Assembly (NCBI GenBank): GCA_024688885.1
Contig: JAILDV010000003.1
Coordinates: 3,668-67,667, forward strand
DNA from: Bacteroidaceae bacterium
GTDB taxonomy: Bacteria > Bacteroidota > Bacteroidia > Bacteroidales > Bacteroidaceae
Reading direction: 5' to 3'
Length of the DNA: 64,000 nt
A model generated the notes under the pieces. The model was not told the origin of the DNA and did not search any database. It was given only the letters and a program-made list of their open reading frames with translations. The position numbers were made by a program, and so were the translations under genes. Positions 8,901 to 17,433 of this stretch are shown in pieces. The first letter of the stretch is position 1. The number at the start of each line of letters is the position of its first letter.

Positions 8901-9818
8901 CCCGCCAGCGTGACGAGTATCGGCGAGAAAGCTTTCGCAGGTTGCGAAGATTTGGAGACTGTCACCCTCCCCGCCAGCGTGACAAGCATCGGTGATGAGG
9001 CATTCTATGGTTGTTCAAATCTGACAACAGTCACCATCCCTTCCAGCGTGACGACCATCGGTAATAGTGCCTTCGAGGAGTGCGGTTCTCTGACGACAAT
9101 CAACATCCCCGCCAATGTGACGAGCATCGGAGGTCAGGCCTTCTATGACTGCAATAATCTGGCATCCGTCACACTTAACAGCAACCCGACGATTGGTGAA
9201 TATGCATTCTTCTATAACACTACGGTGACGATGAACCTCGCAGCAGCAGAGGTGGGCGGTGCACATTGGACGACATTCTATAACAACTACGGTAACTTCC
9301 AGGCAGATGAGAATACCGAGGTTTACAAGGGTACTGTTTCTGATTCTAAATTACTACTGACACCTATCAGCGACAAGATTGTGAATGCTGGCAATGCTGT
9401 CATCCTGAAATCGACGGACAACCCTGTGATGACTCTTAAAGCTGATAACAGCACGGGCGACTATTCCGACAACGCACTGAAAGGTCTGAGCGAGAGAACA
9501 GAAATTGCCACCTCTGCCTACAGCGCCAACACCATCTATGTGATGGGAAACACGACAAAGAATGGCTTCGGATTCCATAAGTACACAGGAGAGTACATGC
9601 CTGCCAACAAGGCATTCCTGGCACTTGGTTCCGGCTCGTCTGCTCCACTGAGAATGGTGATTGATGATGACGATGAGGCAACAGGTGTAGCCTCGATGGC
9701 TGATGGCATAGATGACATGTCTGATGTGTGGTACACGCTGGATGGTCGCAAGCTGAACGGCAAGCCAACCACAAAGGGCTTGTATATCGTGAACGGAAAG
9801 AAGGTAATGATTAAGTAA
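5964..9818 (+). CDS. BspA-type leucine-rich-repeat surface protein with T9SS C-terminal sorting domain
   Basis: 1284 aa with a signal peptide. There are three blocks of ~23-aa repeats (IPASVTSIGxxAFxGCSGLTSVT). The C-terminus (...WYTLDGRKLNGKPTTKGLYIVNGKKVMIK) resembles a T9SS CTD. Confidence 0.9.
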   Translation: METKKQFFFMRAAMSLLVMLCSLGAWADDSGSCGTNVTYSYVESTHTLTISGSGAMEDYQYYIQLPWCSYANAITTVVIEDGVTSIGNYAFYCCTGVTSIEIPASVTSIGDYAFFECTGLTTVTFDGTPTLVSIGGSAFWGSGLTTVTIPASVTSIGNNAFQNCGSLATMTVAGENKVYDSRNGCNAIIEKNTNTLIAGCINSTIPASVTSIGDEAFNCCSGLTSVTIPAGVTSIDDNAFFGCSGLTSVTIPASVTSIGEGVFEYCKNLATITVEDGNTVYNSRNGCNAIIETSSNKLIAGCKNTTIPASVTSIGNYAFSGCSGLTSITIPAGVTSIGEGAFVECNGLTSISIPSSVTSIGNDAFDSCSNLTTVTIPSSVTSIGEGAFADCSNLISVIVNATTPPTLGDYAFEDNYDDDNNANDRKIYVPTASVGSYKTAWSTYKSDIMAFITEESGSCGTDVTWKLTGIPDNYVLTISGTGAMEDYSKSSDRPWTGYANGIKTVVIGSGVTSIGDYAFSGCSGLTSIEIPSSVTSIGTRAFQDCSGLTSIEIPSNVTSIGTRAFYGCSGLTSIEIPANVTSISQSAFYGCSGLTSVTIPAGVTSIGDYVFNECSNLATITVETSNTVYNSRNGCNAIIETSSNKLIAGCKNTTIPAGVTSIGKDAFGYCSGLTSIEIPASVTSIDDNAFFGCSGLTSVEIPASVTSIGEYAFDGCSGLATVTVYAPSCTLGDEAFSACSNLKNIYVFSDLVDDYKAAWSAYEKKITAMTPVASGTCGKDTPEDVTWRLEGEAGHYRLFISGTGEMADYGYSSQPWNTNKEYIKTVLIENGVTSIGECAFQNCTNLSSVTIPASVTSIGNGVFIDCEKLTTVSIPASVTTIGESAFGYCSNLTSIEIPASVTTIGEEAFNNTALTSIEIPASVTSIGNGVFNDCEKLTSITVAEGNANYSNDTNGALFNKDKTTLIMYPKGNNADSYEIPASVTSIGEKAFAGCEDLETVTLPASVTSIGDEAFYGCSNLTTVTIPSSVTTIGNSAFEECGSLTTINIPANVTSIGGQAFYDCNNLASVTLNSNPTIGEYAFFYNTTVTMNLAAAEVGGAHWTTFYNNYGNFQADENTEVYKGTVSDSKLLLTPISDKIVNAGNAVILKSTDNPVMTLKADNSTGDYSDNALKGLSERTEIATSAYSANTIYVMGNTTKNGFGFHKYTGEYMPANKAFLALGSGSSAPLRMVIDDDDEATGVASMADGIDDMSDVWYTLDGRKLNGKPTTKGLYIVNGKKVMIK

Positions 9819-9831
9819 GGAGAACACGACA

Positions 9832-9975
9832 ATGAAGAAAAAAGAATATAGCAAACCAGAGATGCAGGTAATCGAGCTTCACCAACAGCTTCTCCTGCAA
9901 GTGACCAGCCCACTCCCCTTCACCATCTACGATGGCATCGACGATGCCATCGTAGATGAGGGTGATATCATGTAA
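9832..9975 (+). CDS. small ORF (47 aa), hypothetical
   Basis: ATG lies 14 nt after the LRR gene stop. It encodes MKKKEYSKPEMQVIELHQQLLLQVTSPLPFTIYDGIDDAIVDEGDIM and is followed by a strong hairpin. It is below the ORF-track size cutoff. Confidence 0.3.
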   Translation: MKKKEYSKPEMQVIELHQQLLLQVTSPLPFTIYDGIDDAIVDEGDIM

Positions 9976-10003
9976 CACCCACCAAGCATTCATAATAATA
10001 AAT

Positions 10004-10040
10004 GAAGAAGGACTTGCAACATGCAGGTCCTTCTTCTGTT
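10004..10040 (+). terminator. hairpin terminator
   Basis: GAAGAAGGAC (10004..10013) pairs with GTCCTTCTTC (10027..10036), a 10-bp perfect stem. Confidence 0.6.
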
Positions 10041-10043
10041 AAC

Positions 10044-10076
10044 AAAACCACAGATTTAGCCGATAAAACGGATTTC
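10044..10076. repeat. solo arm of the AACCACAGATT-type palindromic element
   Basis: AAAACCACAGATTTAGCCGATAAAACGGATTT resembles the reverse complement of the right arm of the element at 12415..12587. Confidence 0.4.
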
Positions 10077-10165
10077 TTTTGACTTGCGAACCTTTAGCTC
10101 GACGAAGTCAAACTTGAATTATTAATTTGAAGTTAATGAAGTGGTTTATCTTGTTTGAGCCAACG

Positions 10166-11332
10166 TCACTTCACCACCAGCTTCTTCTTCTCTACCCAGC
10201 TGGGGCCATCTTCCATGAGCATGCCGTTTTCTCTCCAGCGATGGGCTGTGTAGTTGTAGCTGACGCCGTCGCGGATGAGGTAGTGGCTGAGGATGCGCTT
10301 GTTGACATGATCCACTTCAGCATTGGCGATGCCACGGAAGTTCTTGTAGCGGACAAACTGGTAGGATTCGTCAGAACCGTCGGTTCGCTTGGCAATCCAC
10401 GCGTCGTAGTGCCTGAAGGTCTGGTCGCTCACTTTCTGTTCACCAAGGCAGATGAGCAGGTCGGGGATGCCGTCGAAGTTGACATCTGTCTCCACGACAT
10501 TGCCGAAATCATCCATGAGGTCGGGACGGTCTTCTATACGTGCTTCGAGCACCTGAAGGGTTTTGCCACCACCGATGCCTGCAAGACGGACGATGCATTC
10601 GTAGCCAGGCTTAGGTCCTTGTTCATCGACGATGCGGAGGCTGACATCATACAGCTGTGCAACGCGGGCATTGGGGATGGCTTCCTCAACACTTGGGATA
10701 TGGAATTTCTTACCATCCCAGACGTATTCGCTGTAGGTGGTCTCTTTGTTGGGGTTTTCTTCGGTTGGAGCGAAGACGAGCTTAATGTTCTTGCCTTGAC
10801 GTGGAAGGTTGAAGACAACGGATTTGTCTCCAAATGGTGAGTATTCTAACCCGTAGTCGCCAATCGTGGCATAGGACATGCGGCGTGTCTGCGTGTCGAA
10901 GAGAAGGAGACTGGGACCTGAATGTTCGGTGAAGTAGTACTTGCCGTTACACGAGAATTTGTTGTTGACGGCAAAGAGTTTGTGGCGGTTGTCGGACATG
11001 TTCCAATAGCAGAACTCCGTCACCAATTCAGTACGTCCATCCACGTCGTTGATAATGCGCTTGTACTCGATGAAGCCATTTTTCTGGTCAACAGTGAAGG
11101 TGCCGTTCGTTTTCTTTCCCTGACGATAGAGTTTCCACTGGTCACTCACTCCTCCCCATACTTCTCCCAGTTCTTCCTGTGAGAGGAATGCCGTCACAAA
11201 GTCGGTGATGGTGGGGCGCTGTCCCTGATATTTCACCGTGAAGGAATAATAATCGTCTTCTTGGGCTGTGGCTGTCATGCAAACACCCAGCAGAATGGCT
11301 GTCGCCATCATCATTTTCTTCAGTAGTTCCAT
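10166..11332 (-). CDS. hypothetical secreted protein
   Basis: 388 aa with a signal peptide (..LLGVCMTATAQ). It has a DVNFDGIPDLL FG-GAP/VCBS-like motif. A TACATTTG -7 box lies upstream. Confidence 0.75.
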   Translation of the reverse strand: MELLKKMMMATAILLGVCMTATAQEDDYYSFTVKYQGQRPTITDFVTAFLSQEELGEVWGGVSDQWKLYRQGKKTNGTFTVDQKNGFIEYKRIINDVDGRTELVTEFCYWNMSDNRHKLFAVNNKFSCNGKYYFTEHSGPSLLLFDTQTRRMSYATIGDYGLEYSPFGDKSVVFNLPRQGKNIKLVFAPTEENPNKETTYSEYVWDGKKFHIPSVEEAIPNARVAQLYDVSLRIVDEQGPKPGYECIVRLAGIGGGKTLQVLEARIEDRPDLMDDFGNVVETDVNFDGIPDLLICLGEQKVSDQTFRHYDAWIAKRTDGSDESYQFVRYKNFRGIANAEVDHVNKRILSHYLIRDGVSYNYTAHRWRENGMLMEDGPSWVEKKKLVVK

Positions 11333-11492
11333 TTGAATTTTGGTTTTTAGAGATGTAATTATCGTTTGTTCAGTATTCCAATGGTGGAGTTGAATTGAAT
11401 ATTCTTTGCAAATGTATGAATAATATGGGAATAATCCTTATATTTGTGTCGATTTTTCATGCAGGTTTGTATCAAATAATCATAAAATTATA

Positions 11493-12386
11493 ATGAAAAG
11501 AAGTTTTACAAAGTTCTTGGGGATGGTGTTATTCCTCGTGTTCGGAATGGGCAAGATGAATGCCCAAAGCAATGTCATGTCAGGTAGTTCAGAGAATGTG
11601 CTGGGCATGAAGGTGCCAAAGATTGAGTCATTCGTGCTGGTGACGAATGAGGATGGTGCTGACATCTACAAGTCGGCAAGTGCCGATAGTCCTTGGCGAG
11701 TAATCTGGTTGGAAGATGATGAAGAGGAGGGCGAGGTGCAGGTGGATGTGACGTGGTCGGACAAGAAAGCGCCCAGCAAGTACACGGTGGAGAAAGATGT
11801 GGAGTATGAAGGGGTATGTCTGCTTTTGCTGGGAGAAGAGGGTGACTTCTGGAAGGTGAACATCTACAAGGATTACGCACCCAATTTGGAAGTGGGTTAC
11901 ATCAAAAAAGCGGATGCCAAGGTGGCGGCGTTTGAACCGCTCACGGCAGATATGATTAAAGCACCGAATAATGAGAAACTGAGCCCTACGGTTGTGAAGA
12001 CGAGTGGCAAATTTTCAGGTCTCGTGATGGACATCGGCTCTGATGAAGAATGGGGCGAGGAATGGATTGATGTGGGTGTGCTTGTGAATGGCATGATAGT
12101 AACACCTGAATCGAGCCAGGTGAAGCTTATGCGCGACGACGAGGTGAAGAAGCTCGAGTTTGTGTTTGATAAGGAGAGTGGAGGCGTGCTGCTGCGCTAT
12201 CCCGAACCGATGATGACTGACAGCGAAGGTGCCTTGGGCACGTGGTTTGACCCCGCCAAACTGACGGACAACCAGATAGACCAAATGCTGAAGGTGCTGG
12301 GCAAGCAGAAGAAATCGAAAGGCGTGAAATGCGAGTGCCGCATTCCACAGGGTGATGGTTCAAGACAAACCTTCTATTTGAAGTAA
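11493..12386 (+). CDS. hypothetical secreted protein with SH3b-like segment
   Basis: 297 aa with a signal peptide (..GKMNAQ). A TATATTTG box lies upstream at ~11441. Confidence 0.7.
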   Translation: MKRSFTKFLGMVLFLVFGMGKMNAQSNVMSGSSENVLGMKVPKIESFVLVTNEDGADIYKSASADSPWRVIWLEDDEEEGEVQVDVTWSDKKAPSKYTVEKDVEYEGVCLLLLGEEGDFWKVNIYKDYAPNLEVGYIKKADAKVAAFEPLTADMIKAPNNEKLSPTVVKTSGKFSGLVMDIGSDEEWGEEWIDVGVLVNGMIVTPESSQVKLMRDDEVKKLEFVFDKESGGVLLRYPEPMMTDSEGALGTWFDPAKLTDNQIDQMLKVLGKQKKSKGVKCECRIPQGDGSRQTFYLK

Positions 12387-12414
12387 GGAAGAATTTCTTG
12401 AGAGAGTTTTATTT

Positions 12415-12587
12415 AACCACAGATTTATTATTTTCAACCACGAATTACACGAATTTGACGAATTGGGAGAGCCTTGGCGGCTCTTGTAACCATCCGGACG
12501 GGGCTTTCGCCAAGAAAGTCAAAAATTCGTTTAATTCGTGCAATTCGTGGTCAAAAAAAATCCGTTTAATCATCTTAATCTGTGGTT
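12415..12587. repeat. MITE-like palindromic element (~173 bp) with ~50-bp imperfect terminal inverted repeats
   Basis: The left arm AACCACAGATT..ACCACGAATTACACGAATTTGACGAATT mirrors the right arm AAATTCGTTTAATTCGTGCAATTCGTGGT..AATCTGTGGTT. Confidence 0.5.
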
Positions 12588-12646
12588 TTAGTTCTTGAGG
12601 CTGAAAGAAAATGCTGAAGTTTAGCATGTGCTCAACTTCTTGGGAG

Positions 12647-12755
12647 TTAAAGGAGTTAAGGTAGTTATTGACGTTTGCTTATTTGACCCATTTCAAATTG
12701 CCAAATAAATTGTACATTGTACATCGTCAAATTGTAAATACCTTAACTCCTTTAA
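12647..12755. repeat. GGAGTTAAGG-type hairpin element
   Basis: TTAAAGGAGTTAAGGTA (12647..12663) and TACCTTAACTCCTTTAA (12739..12755) form a perfect 17-bp inverted repeat. A related element lies at 46501..46585. Confidence 0.5.
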
Positions 12756-12766
12756 ATGATACTTGC

Positions 12767-14245
12767 TTATTGTTCGGGAGACATCAAGAGTCCCCACTCT
12801 TCACTGTTCATGGGCATCAGTCGCATCATACGATAGACGAGCTGCATTTCCACGTCGAGGGTGCGTGTCAAGAACGATGTTGACTTCTCGTACATCTTTT
12901 CGAAACGTTGGTTGGTCTCGTCTGTGACGAGTGTGTTGAGAGGAACATACTCTTGTTTGTCGGGAAACTGAACGGCAGGCGTAAGAATGTACTGGGCATC
13001 TTTTTGCTGTGCTTGCAGTTTCTGAGGCATGGGCTTCGCATTGGTCGAACATGCGAGCGAGAAATAGCTTGCCTCATTCAGTTCCTTTACGTAGCTGTCA
13101 TATTCCTCAGACGACACTTTGCCGACTTCCTTGTTTTGGGAAAGGTTGTTAAGAGCTTTGAAGAACTGTTCACTCTTTGCGATGGAGCCTGAGAGCGTCA
13201 GGTCGTCAACGAACTTCAAGACAATATCGGCTCTGCCTTCTTTGAAGATGGTTCCAAAATGGGCATAAGCGTCTGCATCCTGCCAATTGGAAGAGGATGT
13301 GTTGATGTTTTCAATGATGTTGTCGATGAATGCTTTCTGTTCAGGAAGGGTAACCACTGCCACACCATTGAGCATCTCCCTTCCTTTCTGGGTGAAGGAA
13401 GAGAGGATGTTCAGCAGCGTGCCTGCCGAAGAGTCGGTGGTGCCCCAAGAGAGAACGATAGCGCTGTCATCGTCAGGCAGCCCATAGGTGTTTCCCTTCA
13501 AAGCAGAACGGATATCGACACCCATCTGGAACTCGTTGGTTTGGAAACTCACATATTGTGATTCAGGAGTCTTTTCCAACATCGTAGATATCACTCCATT
13601 GCACAGCGTGACTTCCTCGTTGTTGAAGAGTCCTGTCATGCGCAGACTCATTTTTCGAGGAATGCGATTGACGCATGCCATCCCTGTGGCGCCATTCAGT
13701 TGAGCTGGCGACACGGATTCGTACCACTCCCCTTCGTTTCGGAGCGCAATCTTGTAGAGTGTCTGTCCGTAGCCCTCAACTGTAGCGGGGAAGACAAATT
13801 CAAGCCCTTCTGCAGGTCGCATGGTGTATTTCCCATTTTCATCGAAGATGACACGAACACCGAAAGACATGATGTCAACGGGAATGTATGCCTGATAGCC
13901 CATCGCTGCCAATTCGCTTCCGCTCTCCACAGGACGTGCGTTTTGGATGGCATTCCTTACGGCTAAAAGTGCACACACCTTCTTCAGATTGGTGCTGAAG
14001 TGTGGGTCTTTGCCTATGTATGTCAGCAGTTGTGCCTGTACTTGCGTCATCATGTCGAACAGTTGAAAATCGAGGTTTTCATCCAAGATTCGAACATCAT
14101 TCTCGACATGCGTGATCAATTCATCACGCTCTTTTCGCGTCTCCTCGTCGATGATGTCGTCGTCATCGTTGGAGGAGCACGATGTCTGCATGGTCAGCCC
14201 CAAGAAAAGTGAGGCGAACAGCACCCAATTGATGATTCTTTTCAT
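12767..14245 (-). CDS. hypothetical lipoprotein
   Basis: 492 aa with signal and lipobox-like ..LTMQTSCSSNDDDD. It starts 16 nt downstream of the T9SS protein gene on the same strand. Confidence 0.75.
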   Translation of the reverse strand: MKRIINWVLFASLFLGLTMQTSCSSNDDDDIIDEETRKERDELITHVENDVRILDENLDFQLFDMMTQVQAQLLTYIGKDPHFSTNLKKVCALLAVRNAIQNARPVESGSELAAMGYQAYIPVDIMSFGVRVIFDENGKYTMRPAEGLEFVFPATVEGYGQTLYKIALRNEGEWYESVSPAQLNGATGMACVNRIPRKMSLRMTGLFNNEEVTLCNGVISTMLEKTPESQYVSFQTNEFQMGVDIRSALKGNTYGLPDDDSAIVLSWGTTDSSAGTLLNILSSFTQKGREMLNGVAVVTLPEQKAFIDNIIENINTSSSNWQDADAYAHFGTIFKEGRADIVLKFVDDLTLSGSIAKSEQFFKALNNLSQNKEVGKVSSEEYDSYVKELNEASYFSLACSTNAKPMPQKLQAQQKDAQYILTPAVQFPDKQEYVPLNTLVTDETNQRFEKMYEKSTSFLTRTLDVEMQLVYRMMRLMPMNSEEWGLLMSPEQ

Positions 14246-14260
14246 ACGTTTCCTCCTTTC

Positions 14261-17200
14261 TTAACGAGCCAACAACTTCTTACCATTCATAATAAAGACG
14301 CCTTTGGCTGGCTTGCTCTCAAGCAGGCGACCCTGAAGGTCGAAGATTTGTTGAGTGCCATCGCTATCCACTGTGCGGATGGATGAAATGCCAGTTGCAT
14401 CATTGAAGCGAGCCTTGATGTCAGCATCGAAGAGCAGGTCTGGATTTTCTTCCACAACGTTCTCGCCAGGCACGCAGAACATCGTACGATAGCCTTGCTG
14501 ATTAGATTTGCCAGCTACACGACGGTGAGCAGGATCCATTTCATAAGAATCACCCATAGCGTCGTTTGCAAAGAAGAAGGCACGGAACGCATTGACACGA
14601 AGGGGTTCACCTCCTTCTGGCGTCATGAATCTTGTCCAAGAACCGTCTTCACCAAGAGCATAGACTTGCTGATCGTCAACAAGTGTAGATGACATTGCGA
14701 AGAACTGTCCTGTCCATGAGCCCAACTCTACCTGCTCCTGATTGAAGAACGCCTTCTCATAGTCATAAACAGGATCCGATACAATCACATCCATGGCTTT
14801 AGCGTTCAAGGCTACACCATAGGCATTCAAGCTCACACTACCCTGCTCCACTACGGCAAGATATGCCTCACCTGCCTTAGCGTAAGGTTCCACATCAGTA
14901 AAGATGAACTGCTTGTAGTAGTTGTCGATATAAGAGAGCTTGTAAAGCTTGATGTTGTCAGCTGGTTGGTGGTCGCTGAATTTCATATCAAAAGGAAGAC
15001 AGAGGGTGTAAGCCTTAGGTGTCCAAGTGCCATCACCATTGTCAACAGCAGAGAGCACACGGTCATAGGACACATTGACCACTTGTTTGTCATACTTCTC
15101 AAGCATGTCGTTATTGCTTTCATTGTTGTCTTCCATCAAAGCCACTCCCTGAAGTGGTGAAGTGAATCCCTGAAAATCGTCAAGACACACAGCTTGTCCT
15201 TTAAACATCAACTGGTATATACCAGAATATGGAGCCTTGAAGAAGACTGTGCCCGTCTGAGTGTAAATGTTATAGAGTGTCCAATCCTCGTCAAGTTCAC
15301 GACGATAATATACATAGAGCAAACCGCTTCCGCTGCTTGCACCGCCTCCTCCTCCGAACATCGCCATCATATCCATGCCGCCGCCGGTCATCTCAGCCAA
15401 GAAATGCATCACATCGCCTTTCTGAGCCTGCAAACGAGGAGTGACCAGTTCGTATTCTTCTGATTCTGTGGTTGCCATCCATGTCTTAGGTGCACCTCCG
15501 CCACCCATGCCAAACATCGCCATCATGCCACCGCCACCGGTAGGTTTCGTGATAGCCCAACCTGTTGTTTCCCAACCTGCAGGAAGTTCTTGTGGTATGG
15601 ATTCGTCATCCACCACATATTCAGGTTCGAAATTCTCAGACCATACATCTGCAGGAATCTTATAAGCCTGCATGCTGATTGTTTGTGAAGAAAGGAATTC
15701 ATCGGTAGGAGCAAACGTGATGAAGGCGTTGTTCTCACCAAGGATGGCTCCATCCACATTGAAAGTGACATCCACCTTCACCGCTTCGCCTGAGGCAACA
15801 GTAAAGTTTGTCTGGCTAAGGCTGAACAAGTTCTCATTTGAAGAGAGTGCGTTAACGTGAAGTGTGCCTGTACCCGTGTTCATCACAGTAAAGGTCTTGG
15901 TCACATTTTCGCTTTGAACTCCGAGACCTATATGCTTGACAACAGCGTTATCGAGTGTCACATAGAGGTCGGGAGCCTCGTTGTCTATTTGGAAGCCTGC
16001 CACACTATCGATGAGGATACTGTCAGAAGCAACGAAACGGAAACGATATTCACCTGGTTGCATGTAGCCCACCCACAAAGTCTTATAAAGAGAATCCACA
16101 TCGTTGGAGAAATCCTGCACTTTTTCCCACTTGTTGCTACCATACACAGACTTTTCTACGGTGAAGACAGAACCGCCTCCACCCATACCGAACATGCCGC
16201 CGCCACCGCTGTTGCCATTCTTTGCGGAGAACGTCAGCACTTCGCCAGCACCAGTGAATGTCAATGGAGGTGTCACAAGCGAGAATGTGGGTGCACCGCC
16301 GCCCATCATGCCAGCCATACCATCATCTGCCTTCATGACAGTTGCGGCTCCTTCTTCCACCTTCCAACCTTCAGCAAACCATCCATTAGGCAATGCATCT
16401 GCATTGAAAGTTTCCACCCAAACATCAGGATTGGAAATGACTGCATCGGCAATGAAACTCAACCCGTACACACGTTCGTCAACAGGTGAAAAACCGATTT
16501 GAGCACCATTCTTTCCCACAAGTCCTCCCTGTTTGAGGAACGTGATGTCAACATCCAGCGTATCTCCTCCTGCAATAGAAAGTTCCTTAGGAGAGACGGC
16601 AAAGACAGACTCATCATCTGAGGAAACATTGACTTGGAGTGTGCCCGTAGCGGTATTGATGACTTTGCATTTTGTTGTGCTATCTATTGCACATACACCA
16701 AAATTGATGTATTTGACAGCTTTATCGCCATAAATCACATGAATGTCGGGAGCTTCCATATCAATCTGGAAACCTGCCACGCTGTCAATTTCCACATTGC
16801 CAGCTGCTCTGAAACGGAAACGATATTCACCAGCTGGAGTGTCTGACACGGTGAACGTCTTATACAGGGTATCGAGTTCAGTGGTGAAATCCGCCACTCG
16901 CACCCATTTGTGATCACCATATACAGTACGTTCCACAACGAAAGTGGAGTCGCTGCTGCCACCCATCATGGATCCCATACCTGATGCCTTGCCCTTGATG
17001 GCAGAGAACACCAACACCTCATTCTCCTTCACCGTCAGCGGAGGAGTCATCAGGTAGTTGAATTCACTGTCGCCACCCATCATTTGCTTCATGTCGAAAC
17101 CAGTCGATGCAGAAGCAGAACCTTTCTTGGCAACGCCTGTGCTATCAACCATCCAACCTTCAGCAAACCAGCCGTATGGCAACTTGTTACCGTTAAACCT

Positions 17201-17302
17201 TTCGTCCATTGAAGACGAAGACTCTTGTGCTTTCACCTGCCCCACACCCATCAGGATGAGAAGTCCAAGCACCAATCTGAATTGAAATAACACGTTTTTC
17301 AT
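14261..17302 (-). CDS. T9SS-sorted multi-domain surface protein (LPxGW adhesin-like plus Ig-like modules) with Gly/Met-rich loops
   Basis: 1013 aa with a signal peptide. It has repeated modules (..LPYGWFAEGW.., ..LPNGWFAEGW.., ..LPAGWETTGW..) that alternate with Ig-like segments. The C-terminus (..IFDLQGRLLESKPAKGVFIMNGKKLLAR) looks T9SS-CTD-like. Confidence 0.85.
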   Translation of the reverse strand: MKNVLFQFRLVLGLLILMGVGQVKAQESSSSMDERFNGNKLPYGWFAEGWMVDSTGVAKKGSASASTGFDMKQMMGGDSEFNYLMTPPLTVKENEVLVFSAIKGKASGMGSMMGGSSDSTFVVERTVYGDHKWVRVADFTTELDTLYKTFTVSDTPAGEYRFRFRAAGNVEIDSVAGFQIDMEAPDIHVIYGDKAVKYINFGVCAIDSTTKCKVINTATGTLQVNVSSDDESVFAVSPKELSIAGGDTLDVDITFLKQGGLVGKNGAQIGFSPVDERVYGLSFIADAVISNPDVWVETFNADALPNGWFAEGWKVEEGAATVMKADDGMAGMMGGGAPTFSLVTPPLTFTGAGEVLTFSAKNGNSGGGGMFGMGGGGSVFTVEKSVYGSNKWEKVQDFSNDVDSLYKTLWVGYMQPGEYRFRFVASDSILIDSVAGFQIDNEAPDLYVTLDNAVVKHIGLGVQSENVTKTFTVMNTGTGTLHVNALSSNENLFSLSQTNFTVASGEAVKVDVTFNVDGAILGENNAFITFAPTDEFLSSQTISMQAYKIPADVWSENFEPEYVVDDESIPQELPAGWETTGWAITKPTGGGGMMAMFGMGGGGAPKTWMATTESEEYELVTPRLQAQKGDVMHFLAEMTGGGMDMMAMFGGGGGASSGSGLLYVYYRRELDEDWTLYNIYTQTGTVFFKAPYSGIYQLMFKGQAVCLDDFQGFTSPLQGVALMEDNNESNNDMLEKYDKQVVNVSYDRVLSAVDNGDGTWTPKAYTLCLPFDMKFSDHQPADNIKLYKLSYIDNYYKQFIFTDVEPYAKAGEAYLAVVEQGSVSLNAYGVALNAKAMDVIVSDPVYDYEKAFFNQEQVELGSWTGQFFAMSSTLVDDQQVYALGEDGSWTRFMTPEGGEPLRVNAFRAFFFANDAMGDSYEMDPAHRRVAGKSNQQGYRTMFCVPGENVVEENPDLLFDADIKARFNDATGISSIRTVDSDGTQQIFDLQGRLLESKPAKGVFIMNGKKLLAR

Positions 17303-17433
17303 TTGTATTTATTTAAATTTGTTTGTTGTTTGTATTGCGACAAAGGTACAACCTTTTTTAACTATTCCAAAATAATTTCCCAAAAAGACGAAAAAAAGAA
17401 CGAATAATCCGTCTGAAAATTCATTTTCTTTCA

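Noticed and set aside
6027-9266. Numerous 60-216-aa minus-strand ORFs inside the LRR gene (for example 6027..6449, 7068..7718, 8393..8806).
   Set aside because: These are shadow ORFs created by the repetitive, stop-poor antisense of GTGACGAGCATCGG-type repeats. Their translations are low-complexity, and the plus-strand 1284-aa protein has clear domain structure.
10127-10840. 237-aa plus-strand ORF. Similar antisense ORFs occur at 18007..18555, 34287..34982, 37366..38055, 51852..52673, 62910..63827 and 35772..36410.
   Set aside because: All lie antisense to, or straddle, well-supported genes with recognisable families or signal peptides. None has a motif of its own.
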